Shown: piece after piece, positions 37,492 through 47,717 of the stretch
Position numbering within the stretch: position 1 is the stretch's first letter
How the letters are laid out: every line of letters begins with the position of its first letter
NCBI GenBank assembly: GCA_963667465.2
Contig: CAXXDN010000001.1
Coordinates: 800,001 to 864,000 of the forward strand
From: Dehalococcoidia bacterium
GTDB taxonomy: Bacteria > Chloroflexota > Dehalococcoidia > UBA2979
Reading direction: 5' to 3'
DNA: 64,000 bases
Notes under the pieces: model-generated
The model's input: the letters and a program-made list of their open reading frames with translations, nothing else
Database searches by the model: none
Told to the model about the DNA's origin: nothing
Translations under genes and position numbers: made by a program

Positions 37492-38679
37492 TCAGCTGAC
37501 GCGGCTGCCGTAGCCGACGATGCGGAAGGCGACACGGCGGGCGATCTGCTCGCGGCGTCGCGCCGGGAGCGACGCGAGGTGCGCCTCGTAGTCCGTCTCG
37601 ATCGCGTGGGCGAGCTGCGCCTCGGCGCGGCCGTCGAGGGCGACGTGCAGCTCCAGGATCACCTGCGTCTCGTTCGTCTCGCCGCCCAGCTCGCGGTAGG
37701 CGAAGCTCAGCTCCGCGCCGGACCAGCGAGGCGGCAGCGCCGTCTGCACGCTGGCGATCAGCTGCTCCAGCGCGACCCAGCCGCCGGGCACGTCGAAGAG
37801 CGCATCGACGGCGCGCGGGTCGGCGGGCACCTCGAGGCTGTCGGGCGTGCTCATCCGCCGGTCTTCCTGGTACCAGCGGAAGAACAGCACGGCGAGCGCG
37901 GCGATCACCATGAAGCTGCCGATGATCCAGAGCAGGAAGCCCGCCGCCTGCTGGTCGCCGTGCGCGGTGACATCGGCCCAGACGCGGGGCGCGCCCTCGT
38001 AGACGTCGTAGAGCGGGTCGTCGCGGAAGAGGTAGAAGGCGCCGACCACCTTGGGGAAGATGAACGGCGCGACGAGGTAGAGCATCCCCACCAGGTAGGG
38101 CGGCCGGTGGCGTCCGGCGAGCGGGCCGACCAGCGGCGACCAGAGCGCGACGGCGGCGGCGAGCCAGGCGGCCGTGATCGCGAACGAGCCCCACGGCGAG
38201 GGCCGCAGCGCGTCCACCACCGCCGGGAGGTGCGTCACCGCGAGCGCAATCCCGAACGTTGCGCCGCCCACGACCGGCGAGCCGAAGGCGCGCCGCAGTC
38301 GCTGCCTGGCGTGGTCGCGCAGACCGCTCGGCGGCTGCTCCGGGCGCGGGCGACCTCGGGGCAGGCCGAGCAGTATCAGCGGCGCCGCGCCGAGCGTGAT
38401 CAGCAGGTCCTGCAGCGCGTTCGCGCTCGCCAGGTAGCCGGCGGCGAGCGTGCCGAGCGGCCAGTCGAGGGCGGCCCAGAGCACGGCCAATCCGACCGCG
38501 AAGAGCAGGATCTGGTCGGCGCTGACCTCGGGGTCGCCGGTGCGGCGGTGTCCGGGGCTGAGCGAGCGCACCCGGAGGGCGTAGCCGAAGCCGATCGCGA
38601 TTAGCAGCAGCCAGACGGCGGGGTAGGGGGTCCAGCCCCAGTCCCAGGCTGCGCCTCCCGCGCTCGGCCACCAGCTCAC
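37492..38679 (-). CDS. Cytochrome c oxidase assembly factor CtaG-like membrane protein with extra C-terminal domain
   Basis: ALDWPL, APLILLG, HLP, DQQAAGFLLW. Confidence 0.75.
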   Translation of the reverse strand: MSWWPSAGGAAWDWGWTPYPAVWLLLIAIGFGYALRVRSLSPGHRRTGDPEVSADQILLFAVGLAVLWAALDWPLGTLAAGYLASANALQDLLITLGAAPLILLGLPRGRPRPEQPPSGLRDHARQRLRRAFGSPVVGGATFGIALAVTHLPAVVDALRPSPWGSFAITAAWLAAAVALWSPLVGPLAGRHRPPYLVGMLYLVAPFIFPKVVGAFYLFRDDPLYDVYEGAPRVWADVTAHGDQQAAGFLLWIIGSFMVIAALAVLFFRWYQEDRRMSTPDSLEVPADPRAVDALFDVPGGWVALEQLIASVQTALPPRWSGAELSFAYRELGGETNETQVILELHVALDGRAEAQLAHAIETDYEAHLASLPARRREQIARRVAFRIVGYGSRVS

Positions 38680-38742
38680 CGTCGTGCTCCCGCCCGCGCT
38701 GCCTCGTGCGCGTCCGAGTCTGCGCCGTGGCGCGCGCCGCCG

Positions 38743-39882
38743 CTACCCGCTCGCGAGGGCGACTCGCTCGCCGCGCAGCAGCACGAGGTCCGGCCGCTCG
38801 AGCAGCTCCGGCGACTCGCGCGGGTCGTTCGCGAACCAGACGAGGTCCGCGGGCGCGCCGTCCTCGAGGCCGGGCTCGCCCAGCAGCTCGCGCGCGGCGC
38901 TCGAGGCGGTCGCGAGGGCATCCCTGGGCTCGAGGCCCGCTTGCTGGAGGCGCGCGACCTCGCGCGTGACGGGCTGGACACCGTCGGTGCCGGCGAGCAG
39001 CGGCACGCCGAGCCGCCGCGCGCGCACGATCAGCGGCTCGATGCGATCGATGACGTCGTGCAGCCAGCGATCGACGGCCGCGCTCGGTGGCTGCCCGCGC
39101 CCGCCCGCAGCCATGTCCAGCATCAGCTCGTCGAGCGCGAGCGTGGGCGTCCAGGCAATACCGCGCCGCGCCAGCTCCTCGACCAGTCCCTCGTCGAGGC
39201 CCCAGCCGTGCTCGATCGAGTCGACACCGGCGGCGACGGCGCTGGCGGCGGCCTCGCGCGTGAAGGCATGCACGGCGATGCGGGCGCCGGCCGCGTGGAC
39301 GGCCTCGGTCGCGCCGCGCAGCTCCGGCTCGCGGTAGTTCACCATGCCCGGCACGCCGTCGACGGCCGGCGCGAAGTGCGGCGGGAAGTTGTCGAGGATC
39401 ACCTTCACCCAGGGCGAGTGCTGTTCGCGAACGCGGTGGGTGGCGTGCGCTTCCAGCTCCTCGGGCGCGGTGGGCTCCTGGATGCCGGTGAAGACGCCTT
39501 CCGGGGCGAGCGGCTGGCCCGAGGCGATCACCGGCGGCAGCCCGTCGTCGCGCGGCAGACCGAGCGTGGCCGGGAGCTTGGCGTCCCGCCGCGCGAACGC
39601 GCCCATGTCGCGCAGCAGCAGCACGCCGCGCTGCAGGAAGTCGCCGCGATTGCGGTCGATCACCTCGCGCGACCCGGCGGGAAGCTCCTTGTAGTCGCGG
39701 TTCGTGACGAGGTGGACGTGCGCGTCGACGAGGCCGGGGAGGACGTAGCCGCCCTCGCGAGCGAGCGGTTCGGCGCCGTCGATCGGCCGGGTGTGGATGC
39801 GCCCGCCGGCGATCCAGAGGTCGCCCGGCGCGTCGCCGTAGGGCAGCACGGTGGCCCGCAAATGGTAGGTGTGTGGCGGCAT
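38743..39882 (-). CDS. Amidohydrolase family protein
   Basis: LPGLVDAHVH, WVK, AVHA, SIEHG, AGTD. Confidence 0.9.
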   Translation of the reverse strand: MPPHTYHLRATVLPYGDAPGDLWIAGGRIHTRPIDGAEPLAREGGYVLPGLVDAHVHLVTNRDYKELPAGSREVIDRNRGDFLQRGVLLLRDMGAFARRDAKLPATLGLPRDDGLPPVIASGQPLAPEGVFTGIQEPTAPEELEAHATHRVREQHSPWVKVILDNFPPHFAPAVDGVPGMVNYREPELRGATEAVHAAGARIAVHAFTREAAASAVAAGVDSIEHGWGLDEGLVEELARRGIAWTPTLALDELMLDMAAGGRGQPPSAAVDRWLHDVIDRIEPLIVRARRLGVPLLAGTDGVQPVTREVARLQQAGLEPRDALATASSAARELLGEPGLEDGAPADLVWFANDPRESPELLERPDLVLLRGERVALASG

Positions 39883-40056
39883 TCGCCGATGGTACGCGTG
39901 AGGCCGCGCAAGGGCAGCGCCGCGCTTCTGCGTCTTATGGCGAGCGTCAGGGTTGAAAGGCGATCCCTTAAGCGTGAGACTGTGAAGGAGAACCGCGGCG
40001 CCCGGACCCGGGCGTGCGGCCGGGGTGAGCGTTGCGGCTCATTTTGGGGGACCGAC

Positions 40057-40725
40057 ATGGGACTGCTGCAAGGGCTCGGACGGCTGTTCGGTGGGCAGAT
40101 CGCGGATCAGGTGGCGGCGCAGAGTGCGGAACCCCTCGAGTATCCCGCCGCGATCTCCCTTGAGGGCGTCACCCTGACGCTACGCTTCCTGGAGCGTGGC
40201 GACCGCGAGGCGATGCTCGACTTCGCGCGCAAGCTGCCCACGCACGACCTGCTCTTCCTGCGCCGCGACATCACGGACCCGGCCAACATCGACCAGTGGA
40301 TCGAGGACATCGAAGAGGGCTTCTACACGACGATCGCGGCCGTGAAGGACGACGCGATCGTCGGCTACACCTCGGTGGCCACGGACCGCCTCGGCTGGAC
40401 GCGGCACGTCGCGGAGCTGCGCGTGCTGATCTCGCACGAGATGCGCGGCAAGAACCTCGGGCGGCTGCTCACGGAGCAGGCCTTCGCGTTCGCCAAGCAG
40501 CGAGGCGTGAAGAAGATGATGGCGCAGATGACCACGGACCAGGAGGCTGCCGTCAAGGTCTTCAGCCGCATGGGCTTCCAGCGCGAGGCGCGCCTGCGCA
40601 ACCAGGTCATGGACCGCGACGGCGCGCTCCACGATCTGCAGCTCATGAGCCTGGACGTCGATGAGTTTCAGGCGAAGATCGACGTGATGCTGCTCAGCGC
40701 GCAGAACGAGTTCCTGGGCATCTAG
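40057..40725 (+). CDS. GNAT acetyltransferase
   Basis: HVAELRVLI...RGKNLG, A..VF..MGF..EA. Confidence 0.85.
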   Translation: MGLLQGLGRLFGGQIADQVAAQSAEPLEYPAAISLEGVTLTLRFLERGDREAMLDFARKLPTHDLLFLRRDITDPANIDQWIEDIEEGFYTTIAAVKDDAIVGYTSVATDRLGWTRHVAELRVLISHEMRGKNLGRLLTEQAFAFAKQRGVKKMMAQMTTDQEAAVKVFSRMGFQREARLRNQVMDRDGALHDLQLMSLDVDEFQAKIDVMLLSAQNEFLGI

Positions 40726-40754
40726 CGGCTTCAGCCTCCCGCCGAGGCGCCGCG

Positions 40755-41165
40755 ATGCCGCTGACCACCGCCGACCGTCTCGAGATCCTCGAGTTGCTCG
40801 GGCGCTACGCCCACGCGATCGACTCGGGCGACGGCGAGGCCTACGCCGATTGCTTCACCGCCGACGGCGTGATCGAACTGCGCCGCACGGGGCTGCACGT
40901 CCAGGGCCGCGAAGCCCTCATCGAGTTCGCGCGCGACGACCACGCGCGATCGGGCGCCGCCCGCCACATGACGAACAGCCCGATCATCGCGGGCGACGGC
41001 GACGAGGCAACGATGCGCGTCTACCTGCTGCGGCTCTACCAGGACCGCTCGCAAGACGCGGAGCGCGGCATCGGTCCCGTCGGCCTCTACCACGACACGC
41101 TGCGCCGCGTGGGCGGGCGCTGGCGCTTTGCGCTCCGCGAGGTGTTCGTAGACCCCCAGCGCTGA
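40755..41165 (+). CDS. SnoaL-like (NTF2) protein
   Basis: RYAHAIDSGD..YADCFTADG, RH.TN, YHDTLRR..GRWRF. Confidence 0.88.
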   Translation: MPLTTADRLEILELLGRYAHAIDSGDGEAYADCFTADGVIELRRTGLHVQGREALIEFARDDHARSGAARHMTNSPIIAGDGDEATMRVYLLRLYQDRSQDAERGIGPVGLYHDTLRRVGGRWRFALREVFVDPQR

Positions 41166-41169
41166 TCCC

Positions 41170-41480
41170 TGACGCCTCGCAGGGCGGCTTGGCCCACCCA
41201 CCCGCCATCAATGGATGCGGAGCTGCGCCCCGCGCCCCCTTTCGCGGGGCTCCGCCCCACGCTCCCACTCGGAACCCCCGAGGGCGCAACACCCGATCGA
41301 GGCATGAGCAGCGGCGGGCGAGCCCCCTCACCCCCACCCGCTCCCCCAGGAGAGGGGGCCGGATCGGCGCGCGGACCTTCCGAGGCGAGCAGCAGCGGGG
41401 GGGCAGGGGGGCGAGCCCCCACAGAAGAGGAAATCCGAGGGTGGGTGGGTGGGCCTGAGCCGCGCAGCGTGCTCGTCCGA
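41170..41480. repeat. Composite repeat cluster (REP plus GC hairpin module)
   Basis: REP near 41324; module 41398-41479 homologous to 16772-16860 and 50368-50460. Confidence 0.8.
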
Positions 41481-41666
41481 CGCCCGCCGCGCAAGTACCC
41501 TCGGGGGCCCACCCAACCCACGAGGGGTGCGATCCGGCTCCTTGACCCCGGCGGCGGAGGATGCGCCTCCGGCGGCGGCCGCTATACTCGCGGGCATTCG
41601 TACTCCCGGACATTCGAGCGCACTCGGGAGTGACGCCCGTAGTGAGTCGGGGCGGAGGGGGACGCG

Positions 41667-42602
41667 ATGGAGTACCGGAACCTCGGACGGTCGGGCCTGC
41701 AGGTCTCCGTCGTCGGGCTCGGCTGCAACAACTTCGGCATGCGCGCCGACTACGCGGCTACCGAGGCCGTTGTGCGCGCCTGCCTCGACAGCGGAATCAA
41801 CTTCTTCGACACGGCCGATATCTACGGCGGCGCGAAGTCCGAGGAGTTCCTCGGCAAGGCGCTCGGCGCGGATCGCCATGACGTGATCGTCGCCAGCAAG
41901 TGCGGCGTGCCCATGGGCGAGGGCCCGCTGCTGCGCGGCGCCTCGCGGCGCTACATCATGCAGGCCGTCGAGGCGAGCCTGCGCCGCCTCGGCACGGACT
42001 ACCTGGACCTCTACCAGATCCACTTCCCGGACCCGGACACCCCGCACGACGAGACGCTGCGCGCGCTCGACGACCTCGTGCGCTCGGGCAAGGTGCGCTA
42101 CATCGGGAACTCGAACTTCGCCGGCTGGGCGATCGCGGACTGCCACTGGATCTCGCGGCACCACCACCTCACCCCGTTCGTCTCCGCGCAGAACGAGTAC
42201 AGCCTGCTCAAGCGCGACATCGAGGCTGAGGTGCTCCCGGCCTGCGAGCAGTTCGGGCTCGGCATGCTGCCCTACTTCCCGCTCGCCAGCGGCCTGCTCA
42301 CCGGCAAGTACCGCCACGGCGAGGAGGCGCCCGAGGGCGCTCGCCTCTCCGACCAGCGCTTCGCCGGCCGCTTCGTCTTCGATCGCAACTGGGAGATCGT
42401 CGAGAAGCTCCGCACCTGGTGCGACGAAAACGGGCGCAGCATGCTGGAGGTCGCCTTCGGCTGGCTGCTCGCCAAGCCCTCGGTCAGCAGCGTGATCGCG
42501 GGCGCGACGAAGCCGGAGCAGGTCGTCTCGAACGCCGCCGCCGGCGAGGTGCAGCTGAGCGCCGAGGAAGTGGCCGCGATCAGCGAGCTCGCGCCGGCGT
42601 AG
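41667..42602 (+). CDS. Aldo/keto reductase
   Basis: GINFFDTADIYG, SLRRLGTDYLDLYQIH, GKVRYIG.SN, PLASGLLTGKY. Confidence 0.95.
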   Translation: MEYRNLGRSGLQVSVVGLGCNNFGMRADYAATEAVVRACLDSGINFFDTADIYGGAKSEEFLGKALGADRHDVIVASKCGVPMGEGPLLRGASRRYIMQAVEASLRRLGTDYLDLYQIHFPDPDTPHDETLRALDDLVRSGKVRYIGNSNFAGWAIADCHWISRHHHLTPFVSAQNEYSLLKRDIEAEVLPACEQFGLGMLPYFPLASGLLTGKYRHGEEAPEGARLSDQRFAGRFVFDRNWEIVEKLRTWCDENGRSMLEVAFGWLLAKPSVSSVIAGATKPEQVVSNAAAGEVQLSAEEVAAISELAPA

Positions 42603-42714
42603 CCCGCCCCGCAAGACGCTCCCTTGCTACCATGACGCTACGCCGCGAAGCCGGCGATCACAGCGAACACACATGCCCACGGCTCGCGCCCTGCGGCAGT
42701 GAGAGGATCCGACG

Positions 42715-43827
42715 ATGAGCGACGACCCCCTGTTCACCCGGCTCTGCCAGGAGTACGGCTGCGAGTACCCGATTGTCTCCTTCGCGCACACGCGCGACGT
42801 GGCCGCCGCGGTCAGCAACGCCGGCGGCATCGGCATGCTCGGCGCCAGCACGCACACGATCGAGGAGATGCAGAACGATATCCGCTGGATCAAGGAGCAG
42901 GTGGGCGACAAGCCGTTCGGCGTCGACATCACCATCCCCTCCTCCTACGTGCGCGGCAACCTCGAGGAGCTCGAGGCGCAGATCCCGCAGCAGCACCGCG
43001 AGTTCATGGACGGGCTGATGCGGGACAACAACATCCCGGAGCCGACCACGCCCGGCCCCTGGGGCGCGCAGCGCCTGCAGGGCCTGGCCGACACGCGCGG
43101 CAAGCTCGAGATCATGATGGAGGAGCAGATCCCGATCTTCGCCTCCGGCCTCGGCAGCCCCGCCTTCATCCTCGACGAGATGCACGACGCCGGGGTGAAG
43201 GTCTGGGGCCTGATCGGCATGGCGCGGCAGGCGCAGCGTGAGCTCGACGCCGGACTCGACCTGCTGATTGCGCAGGGCCAGGACTCGGCCGGCCACACCG
43301 GGCGGATCGGCACCTTCTCGATCATCCCGGAGGTCGCCGAGCTCGCGAGGGCGCACGACACGCCGATCCTCGCCGCGGGCGGGATCACCACCGGCCAGCA
43401 CATCGTGGCGGCGATTGTCCTCGGGGCGGTCGGCGTCTGGACAGGCACGATCTGGCAGGCGACGCACGAGTCGGCGACGGAGATGTGGGCGAAGCAGAAA
43501 CTGCTCGACGCGAAGGCGCAGGACGCCTGGGTCAACGAGGCGGACGACGGCAAGCGCAACCGCGCGGTGCGCAGCCGCTTCAAGGAGGCCTGGGAGCAGG
43601 CGGACGCCCCGCCCTACCTGCCGATGCCGCTGCAGGGCCTGCTGGTCGGCAAGATCAAGCAGGCCGCCGAGGACCACAAGCTGTACGACTGGATCAGTCC
43701 GCCCGCGGGGCAGGGCGTCGGCTTCATCCGCGAGCTCAAGCCCGCGCGCCAGGTCGTGATGGACATGATGGAAGAGGCCTACGACGCCGTCGACGGCCTC
43801 CAGCTCGGTGACGCCGTCGGCGCGTAG
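42715..43827 (+). CDS. Nitronate monooxygenase/FabK-like flavoprotein
   Basis: AAAVSNAGGIG, AQG..AGHTG, LAAGGI..G, GVWTGT. Confidence 0.9.
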   Translation: MSDDPLFTRLCQEYGCEYPIVSFAHTRDVAAAVSNAGGIGMLGASTHTIEEMQNDIRWIKEQVGDKPFGVDITIPSSYVRGNLEELEAQIPQQHREFMDGLMRDNNIPEPTTPGPWGAQRLQGLADTRGKLEIMMEEQIPIFASGLGSPAFILDEMHDAGVKVWGLIGMARQAQRELDAGLDLLIAQGQDSAGHTGRIGTFSIIPEVAELARAHDTPILAAGGITTGQHIVAAIVLGAVGVWTGTIWQATHESATEMWAKQKLLDAKAQDAWVNEADDGKRNRAVRSRFKEAWEQADAPPYLPMPLQGLLVGKIKQAAEDHKLYDWISPPAGQGVGFIRELKPARQVVMDMMEEAYDAVDGLQLGDAVGA

Positions 43828-43921
43828 CACGCCTCCGGTCCTCGCGCCGGCCGGCCCGGCGCTTCGCCCCTTCGCGTAGGATGCGCCCGCATCCGAACCG
43901 TCGACGCGCAGGAGGTGAGTC

Positions 43922-44896
43922 ATGCCAGAGGCCCCGTCGCAGGAAGAGGTGCTCTCGTACTTCGATACGCTCAGCAACTGGGGACGCTGGGGTGACGACG
44001 ACACCCTCGGCACGCTCAACCTGATCACGGACGAGAAACGCAGGCAGGCCGCCGCGCTCGTCGAGGACGGCGTCAGCATCTCCTGCTCGCGGCTGATCCC
44101 CTGGGGCGGGCCGCAGCTCGGCGGTGGCAACCCGACCATCGACATGGCGCAGAGCGGCGAGCGCTACGCCCTCGGCGACAACCCCGAGGACCCGGCGCTG
44201 CCGGGCGTCGAGCCGCTGCAGTGGGCCGGCGAGCGCCTCAGCTTCGCCTTCCACGGCAGCATCTTCACGCACATCGACGGCCTCGCCCACGTCTTCTTCG
44301 ACGGCAAGATGTACAACGGCCGCTCGGCCGGCCTCGTCAAGACCTCGGAGGGCGCGCTCGAGCAGACCTCCGAGGTGATGCGCGACGGCATCATGACGCG
44401 CGGCGTGCTGCTCGACGTCGCCCGCGCGCTCGGCGAGGACCCGCTCCCGATGGCCCCCGGCGTCTACCCGGAGGACCTCGAGGCGGCGGAGGAGGCGCAG
44501 GGCGTGCGCGTCGAGGAAGGCGACGTCGTGCTGCTGCGGACCGGTTACGGCGCGCAGCACGAGGCGGCGATCCTCGCGGGCACGGAGCCGCCGCACGAGC
44601 ACTCCGGCTACCACGCGGCGACGCTGCCCTGGCTGCACGAGCGCGGGGCAGCGGTGATCGGCTCCGACGTGACCACGGACACGCGCCACCGCGACGAGCA
44701 CTACACGCGGACGCGCATGCCCGTGCACCAGGTCGCCCTCGTGGCGATGGGCTTGCGGTTGATCGACAACGCCCACCTCGAGCGCCTCGCGGAGGCCTGC
44801 GCGGAGCGCGGCCGCTGGGAGTTCTGCTTCACGCTCAACCCGCTGCGCTTCGAGCGCGGCACCGGCTCCCCCGCCAACCCGATCGCGACGTTCTGA
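43922..44896 (+). CDS. Cyclase (kynurenine formamidase-like) family protein
   Basis: NWGRWG.DD.LGTLN, THIDGLAH, RGVLLD, GDVVLLRTG, GTGSPANP. Confidence 0.92.
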   Translation: MPEAPSQEEVLSYFDTLSNWGRWGDDDTLGTLNLITDEKRRQAAALVEDGVSISCSRLIPWGGPQLGGGNPTIDMAQSGERYALGDNPEDPALPGVEPLQWAGERLSFAFHGSIFTHIDGLAHVFFDGKMYNGRSAGLVKTSEGALEQTSEVMRDGIMTRGVLLDVARALGEDPLPMAPGVYPEDLEAAEEAQGVRVEEGDVVLLRTGYGAQHEAAILAGTEPPHEHSGYHAATLPWLHERGAAVIGSDVTTDTRHRDEHYTRTRMPVHQVALVAMGLRLIDNAHLERLAEACAERGRWEFCFTLNPLRFERGTGSPANPIATF

Positions 44897-44929
44897 GGGA
44901 GGGGCGCGGGTCACGGAGCGCGGTCGGCC

Positions 44930-45415
44930 TTACCGTCTTGAGGCGTTCGACAGGATGCTGTCGGCGAACTCGGCGGGGTCGGACGGGCTGATGTAGTAGG
45001 TCGCTCCCGATTCCAGCGTGATCCGGAGGCCATCGGTGAGGCGGTTCGCCAGGCCTCGCCCGCCTCCCCAGCCGAGGACGCGCGGGATGAAACCGACACG
45101 CTCGACGGTTGCCACGGTGCTGCACGGGATCTCGGCCCTGATGACGAAACCCGACCGGAGACGGAGCGTACGGTTCGAGAGTTCGTAGCGCGTGCGGAGA
45201 GCCGCGTGCAGGGGGACCAGCACCAGTCCCCCCAGCGGGATAACGAACAGCATGACTGCCGCGATTTGCTCGATGCGCCCGGCGCCACGCAGCTCCAGCG
45301 CCAGCACTACGAACGTCACGCAGGTACCAGCGATGAGCCCGAACAGAAGCGCGAGGTATCCGGTTCCGGGGGACGGTCGGTCGAGCACGCGGCGCTCCAC
45401 TCTGCCGGCAGTCAT
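44930..45415 (-). CDS. Small membrane protein with bacterial PH-like domain
   Basis: Two hydrophobic helices then TRYEL...L.LRSG...I and YYISP.DP.EF. Confidence 0.6.
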   Translation of the reverse strand: MTAGRVERRVLDRPSPGTGYLALLFGLIAGTCVTFVVLALELRGAGRIEQIAAVMLFVIPLGGLVLVPLHAALRTRYELSNRTLRLRSGFVIRAEIPCSTVATVERVGFIPRVLGWGGGRGLANRLTDGLRITLESGATYYISPSDPAEFADSILSNASRR

Positions 45416-45422
45416 GCACCCC

Positions 45423-45989
45423 TCAGCCGCTGTACGTCCAGCCGGTGTAGAGCGAGGTCAGCGGCTCGGCGCTGACGAGGACCTCGCCGTCGAGCACGCG
45501 GCCGATCACGAGCACGTGGTCTCCGGCCTCGACGAACTGCTCCGCCTCGCATTCGAGCCAGGCGAGGGCGTCCTCCAGCACCGGGCAGCCGGAGTCGCGC
45601 AGCCAGTGCTCGACGCCGGCGAGCTTGTGGTGGCGCTGCGCCGCCGCCTCGTCGCTGCGGCCCTTGATCTTCGAGGCGTCGTAGGGCTGCAGGAACTGAC
45701 GGGCCAGCTCCATGCTGCCCGGCTCCTCGGTCAGCAGGTTGACGGTGAAGACGCCGTTGGCGCGGATCCGCGAGAGGCTGCGCGAGTCGTCCTCGAAGGC
45801 GACGGCGACGAGCCGCGGCTCGAACGAGACCTGCATCACCCAGTCCGCGATCATCCCGTTCGGTTCTCCGTTCTCGACGGACCCGACGATGTAGATGCCG
45901 TAGGGGAACTCGTGCATCACCTGCTCGACGGGGTCGATCTCGACCTTGCCGGGGACGTCCGGGGGGAGCGGTGGGGGTTGGGCGCTCAT
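45423..45989 (-). CDS. Flavin reductase-like protein
   Basis: PYGIYIV, WVMQVSFEP, GCPVL.DALAWLEC, GDHVLVIG. Confidence 0.9.
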   Translation of the reverse strand: MSAQPPPLPPDVPGKVEIDPVEQVMHEFPYGIYIVGSVENGEPNGMIADWVMQVSFEPRLVAVAFEDDSRSLSRIRANGVFTVNLLTEEPGSMELARQFLQPYDASKIKGRSDEAAAQRHHKLAGVEHWLRDSGCPVLEDALAWLECEAEQFVEAGDHVLVIGRVLDGEVLVSAEPLTSLYTGWTYSG

Positions 45990-46049
45990 CGCTGCTCCTG
46001 CCACTGCTGCGGTTCGCTTCCACGATAGCGCCGGAGCCGCGCTGGCGCG

Positions 46050-46290
46050 CGGCGTCCCGCTCTCTCCCCTCGCGGGAGAGGGCGGCCGGCTGCCCTCGGC
46101 CGGCGGGAGCCGGATCTCCTTCCGATCCCCTCTCCCCCTGGCGGGAGAGGGTTAGGGTGAGGGGGACTCCGGCGCAGCCGGAGCGCGCGCGCCTCGAGGA
46201 CTGTTGCGCCGCCGCAGGCTCCTCCCCCGGCGGGCGTCGGACCCCCTCACCCCCGCCCTCTCCCCTCGCGGGAGAGGGGGCCGGAGAGTG
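46050..46290. repeat. BIME-like REP cluster, homologous to 62555-62857
   Basis: Shared linkers CCTTCCGATCCCCTCTCCCC... and GCAGCCGGAGCGCGCGCG. Confidence 0.85.
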
Positions 46291-46364
46291 GGCCCCGCCG
46301 CCGCCCGACTGGAATCCGGCATCGGAGGGCGGTGCGCCCTCGGAGCGGCGCGGCGCGCCGGGCG

Positions 46365-47717
46365 TTACCAGCGGAAGCCGGTTGGGGCGCCGCCGGGGCG
46401 GCGGCGTTCGAGCTCCAGCACGAACTCCTGGAACCAGCGGCCCGCCGTCGTGAGGTCGACCGTCGTGCGCAGCACGGCCGCGCGGCGCGAGCGCTCGTCC
46501 CGCGGCATCTGCAGCGCGCGCTCGAGCGCCTCCTCGATCGAGCCGACGTCGGTCGCGCGCACGGGCAGGGCCCCCGTCAGTTGCGAGGCCGCCCCGCAGG
46601 TGTCGGACAGCACGAGGACGCCGGGGTGCTCGGCGGAGTGGACGGCCGCGAACTCCTTGGCGACGAGGTTCATGCCGTCGGCGAGCGAGGTGACCACGCA
46701 GATGTCGGCCGCCTCAAGGCCGGCGGCCACCTCGTCGGGCGGGTGCGAGGTGAGGTCCAGCTCGACGGGGTGCGGCTCGCCGAAGCGCGCGTTGATGCGC
46801 TCGGCCACCTCGATCACCGCGGCGCGCTCGGCCTGGTACTCCGGCACGTTGCCGCGCGAGGGCGCGGCCCACTGCACGAAGCGCGCCTCGCGCCGCCAGC
46901 GCGCGTCGCGCAGCAACAGCCGCTCGAACGCCTCGAGGCGCTGGCGGATGCCCTTCGTGTAGTCGAGCCGGTCGACGCCGAAGAGGATCTGGCGCTCGTC
47001 ACCCTCGCGGGCGAGGGGGTCGGAGCCGTAGGAGGCGGCGAACTGGCGGAAGCGCTGCGGGTCGATGCCGACCGGGTGCGCGGAGATGTGCTCGCCGTGA
47101 TCGGCGGGCAGCAGCGTGCGCAGTTGATCGCGGTCGCGCGGCGTTTGCGTGCCGATCAGTTCGTAGGCGGTGAACGAGGCGGCGAGCGCCTCGTGGTTGG
47201 GGATCGCCTCCCAGTGCTCGCCAGGCGGGACCGGGACGTGGTGGAAGTAGCCGAGCGGCCCGCGCCAACCGAGCCGCTGCAGCTCCTGGCCGAGCGGGAT
47301 CAGCTGGTAGTCGTGTACCCAGATGAGGTCGTCGGCCGCGAGCAGCGGCACGAGCGCGAGAGCGAAGCGGCGGTTCGCCGTGCGGTAAGTCGAGTATTCG
47401 AGATGCAGGCTCGTCGCCTGCTCGGCGAGGCCGTGCAGGCGGGGCCAGAGCGTGCGATTGCAGAAGCCCTCGTAGAAGTCCGCGATCTCCTGCGCGGGCA
47501 GATCGATGGTGACATAATCGATGTCGCTCGTAACCGTGCGCTGCGGCGGGGTGTTCGGGTCGCCGGCCTCCCCGCTCCAGCCGAACCAGATGCCGCCGAC
47601 TGCGGCGAGTGGCGGCAAGAGCGCGGAAACGAGGCCGCCCGCCGGCCAGGGCGCGCCCTCGGCGGGCGGGGGCGGCACCCGGTTGGAGGCGATGACCACG
47701 CGCCGGCGGCCGTTCAC
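46365..47717 (-). CDS. otsA: Trehalose-6-phosphate synthase
   Basis: SNRVP, AGGL, WFGWSG, WVHDYQL, GVDRLDYTKG, DGMNLVAKE. Confidence 0.93.
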   Translation of the reverse strand: MNGRRRVVIASNRVPPPPAEGAPWPAGGLVSALLPPLAAVGGIWFGWSGEAGDPNTPPQRTVTSDIDYVTIDLPAQEIADFYEGFCNRTLWPRLHGLAEQATSLHLEYSTYRTANRRFALALVPLLAADDLIWVHDYQLIPLGQELQRLGWRGPLGYFHHVPVPPGEHWEAIPNHEALAASFTAYELIGTQTPRDRDQLRTLLPADHGEHISAHPVGIDPQRFRQFAASYGSDPLAREGDERQILFGVDRLDYTKGIRQRLEAFERLLLRDARWRREARFVQWAAPSRGNVPEYQAERAAVIEVAERINARFGEPHPVELDLTSHPPDEVAAGLEAADICVVTSLADGMNLVAKEFAAVHSAEHPGVLVLSDTCGAASQLTGALPVRATDVGSIEEALERALQMPRDERSRRAAVLRTTVDLTTAGRWFQEFVLELERRRPGGAPTGFRW

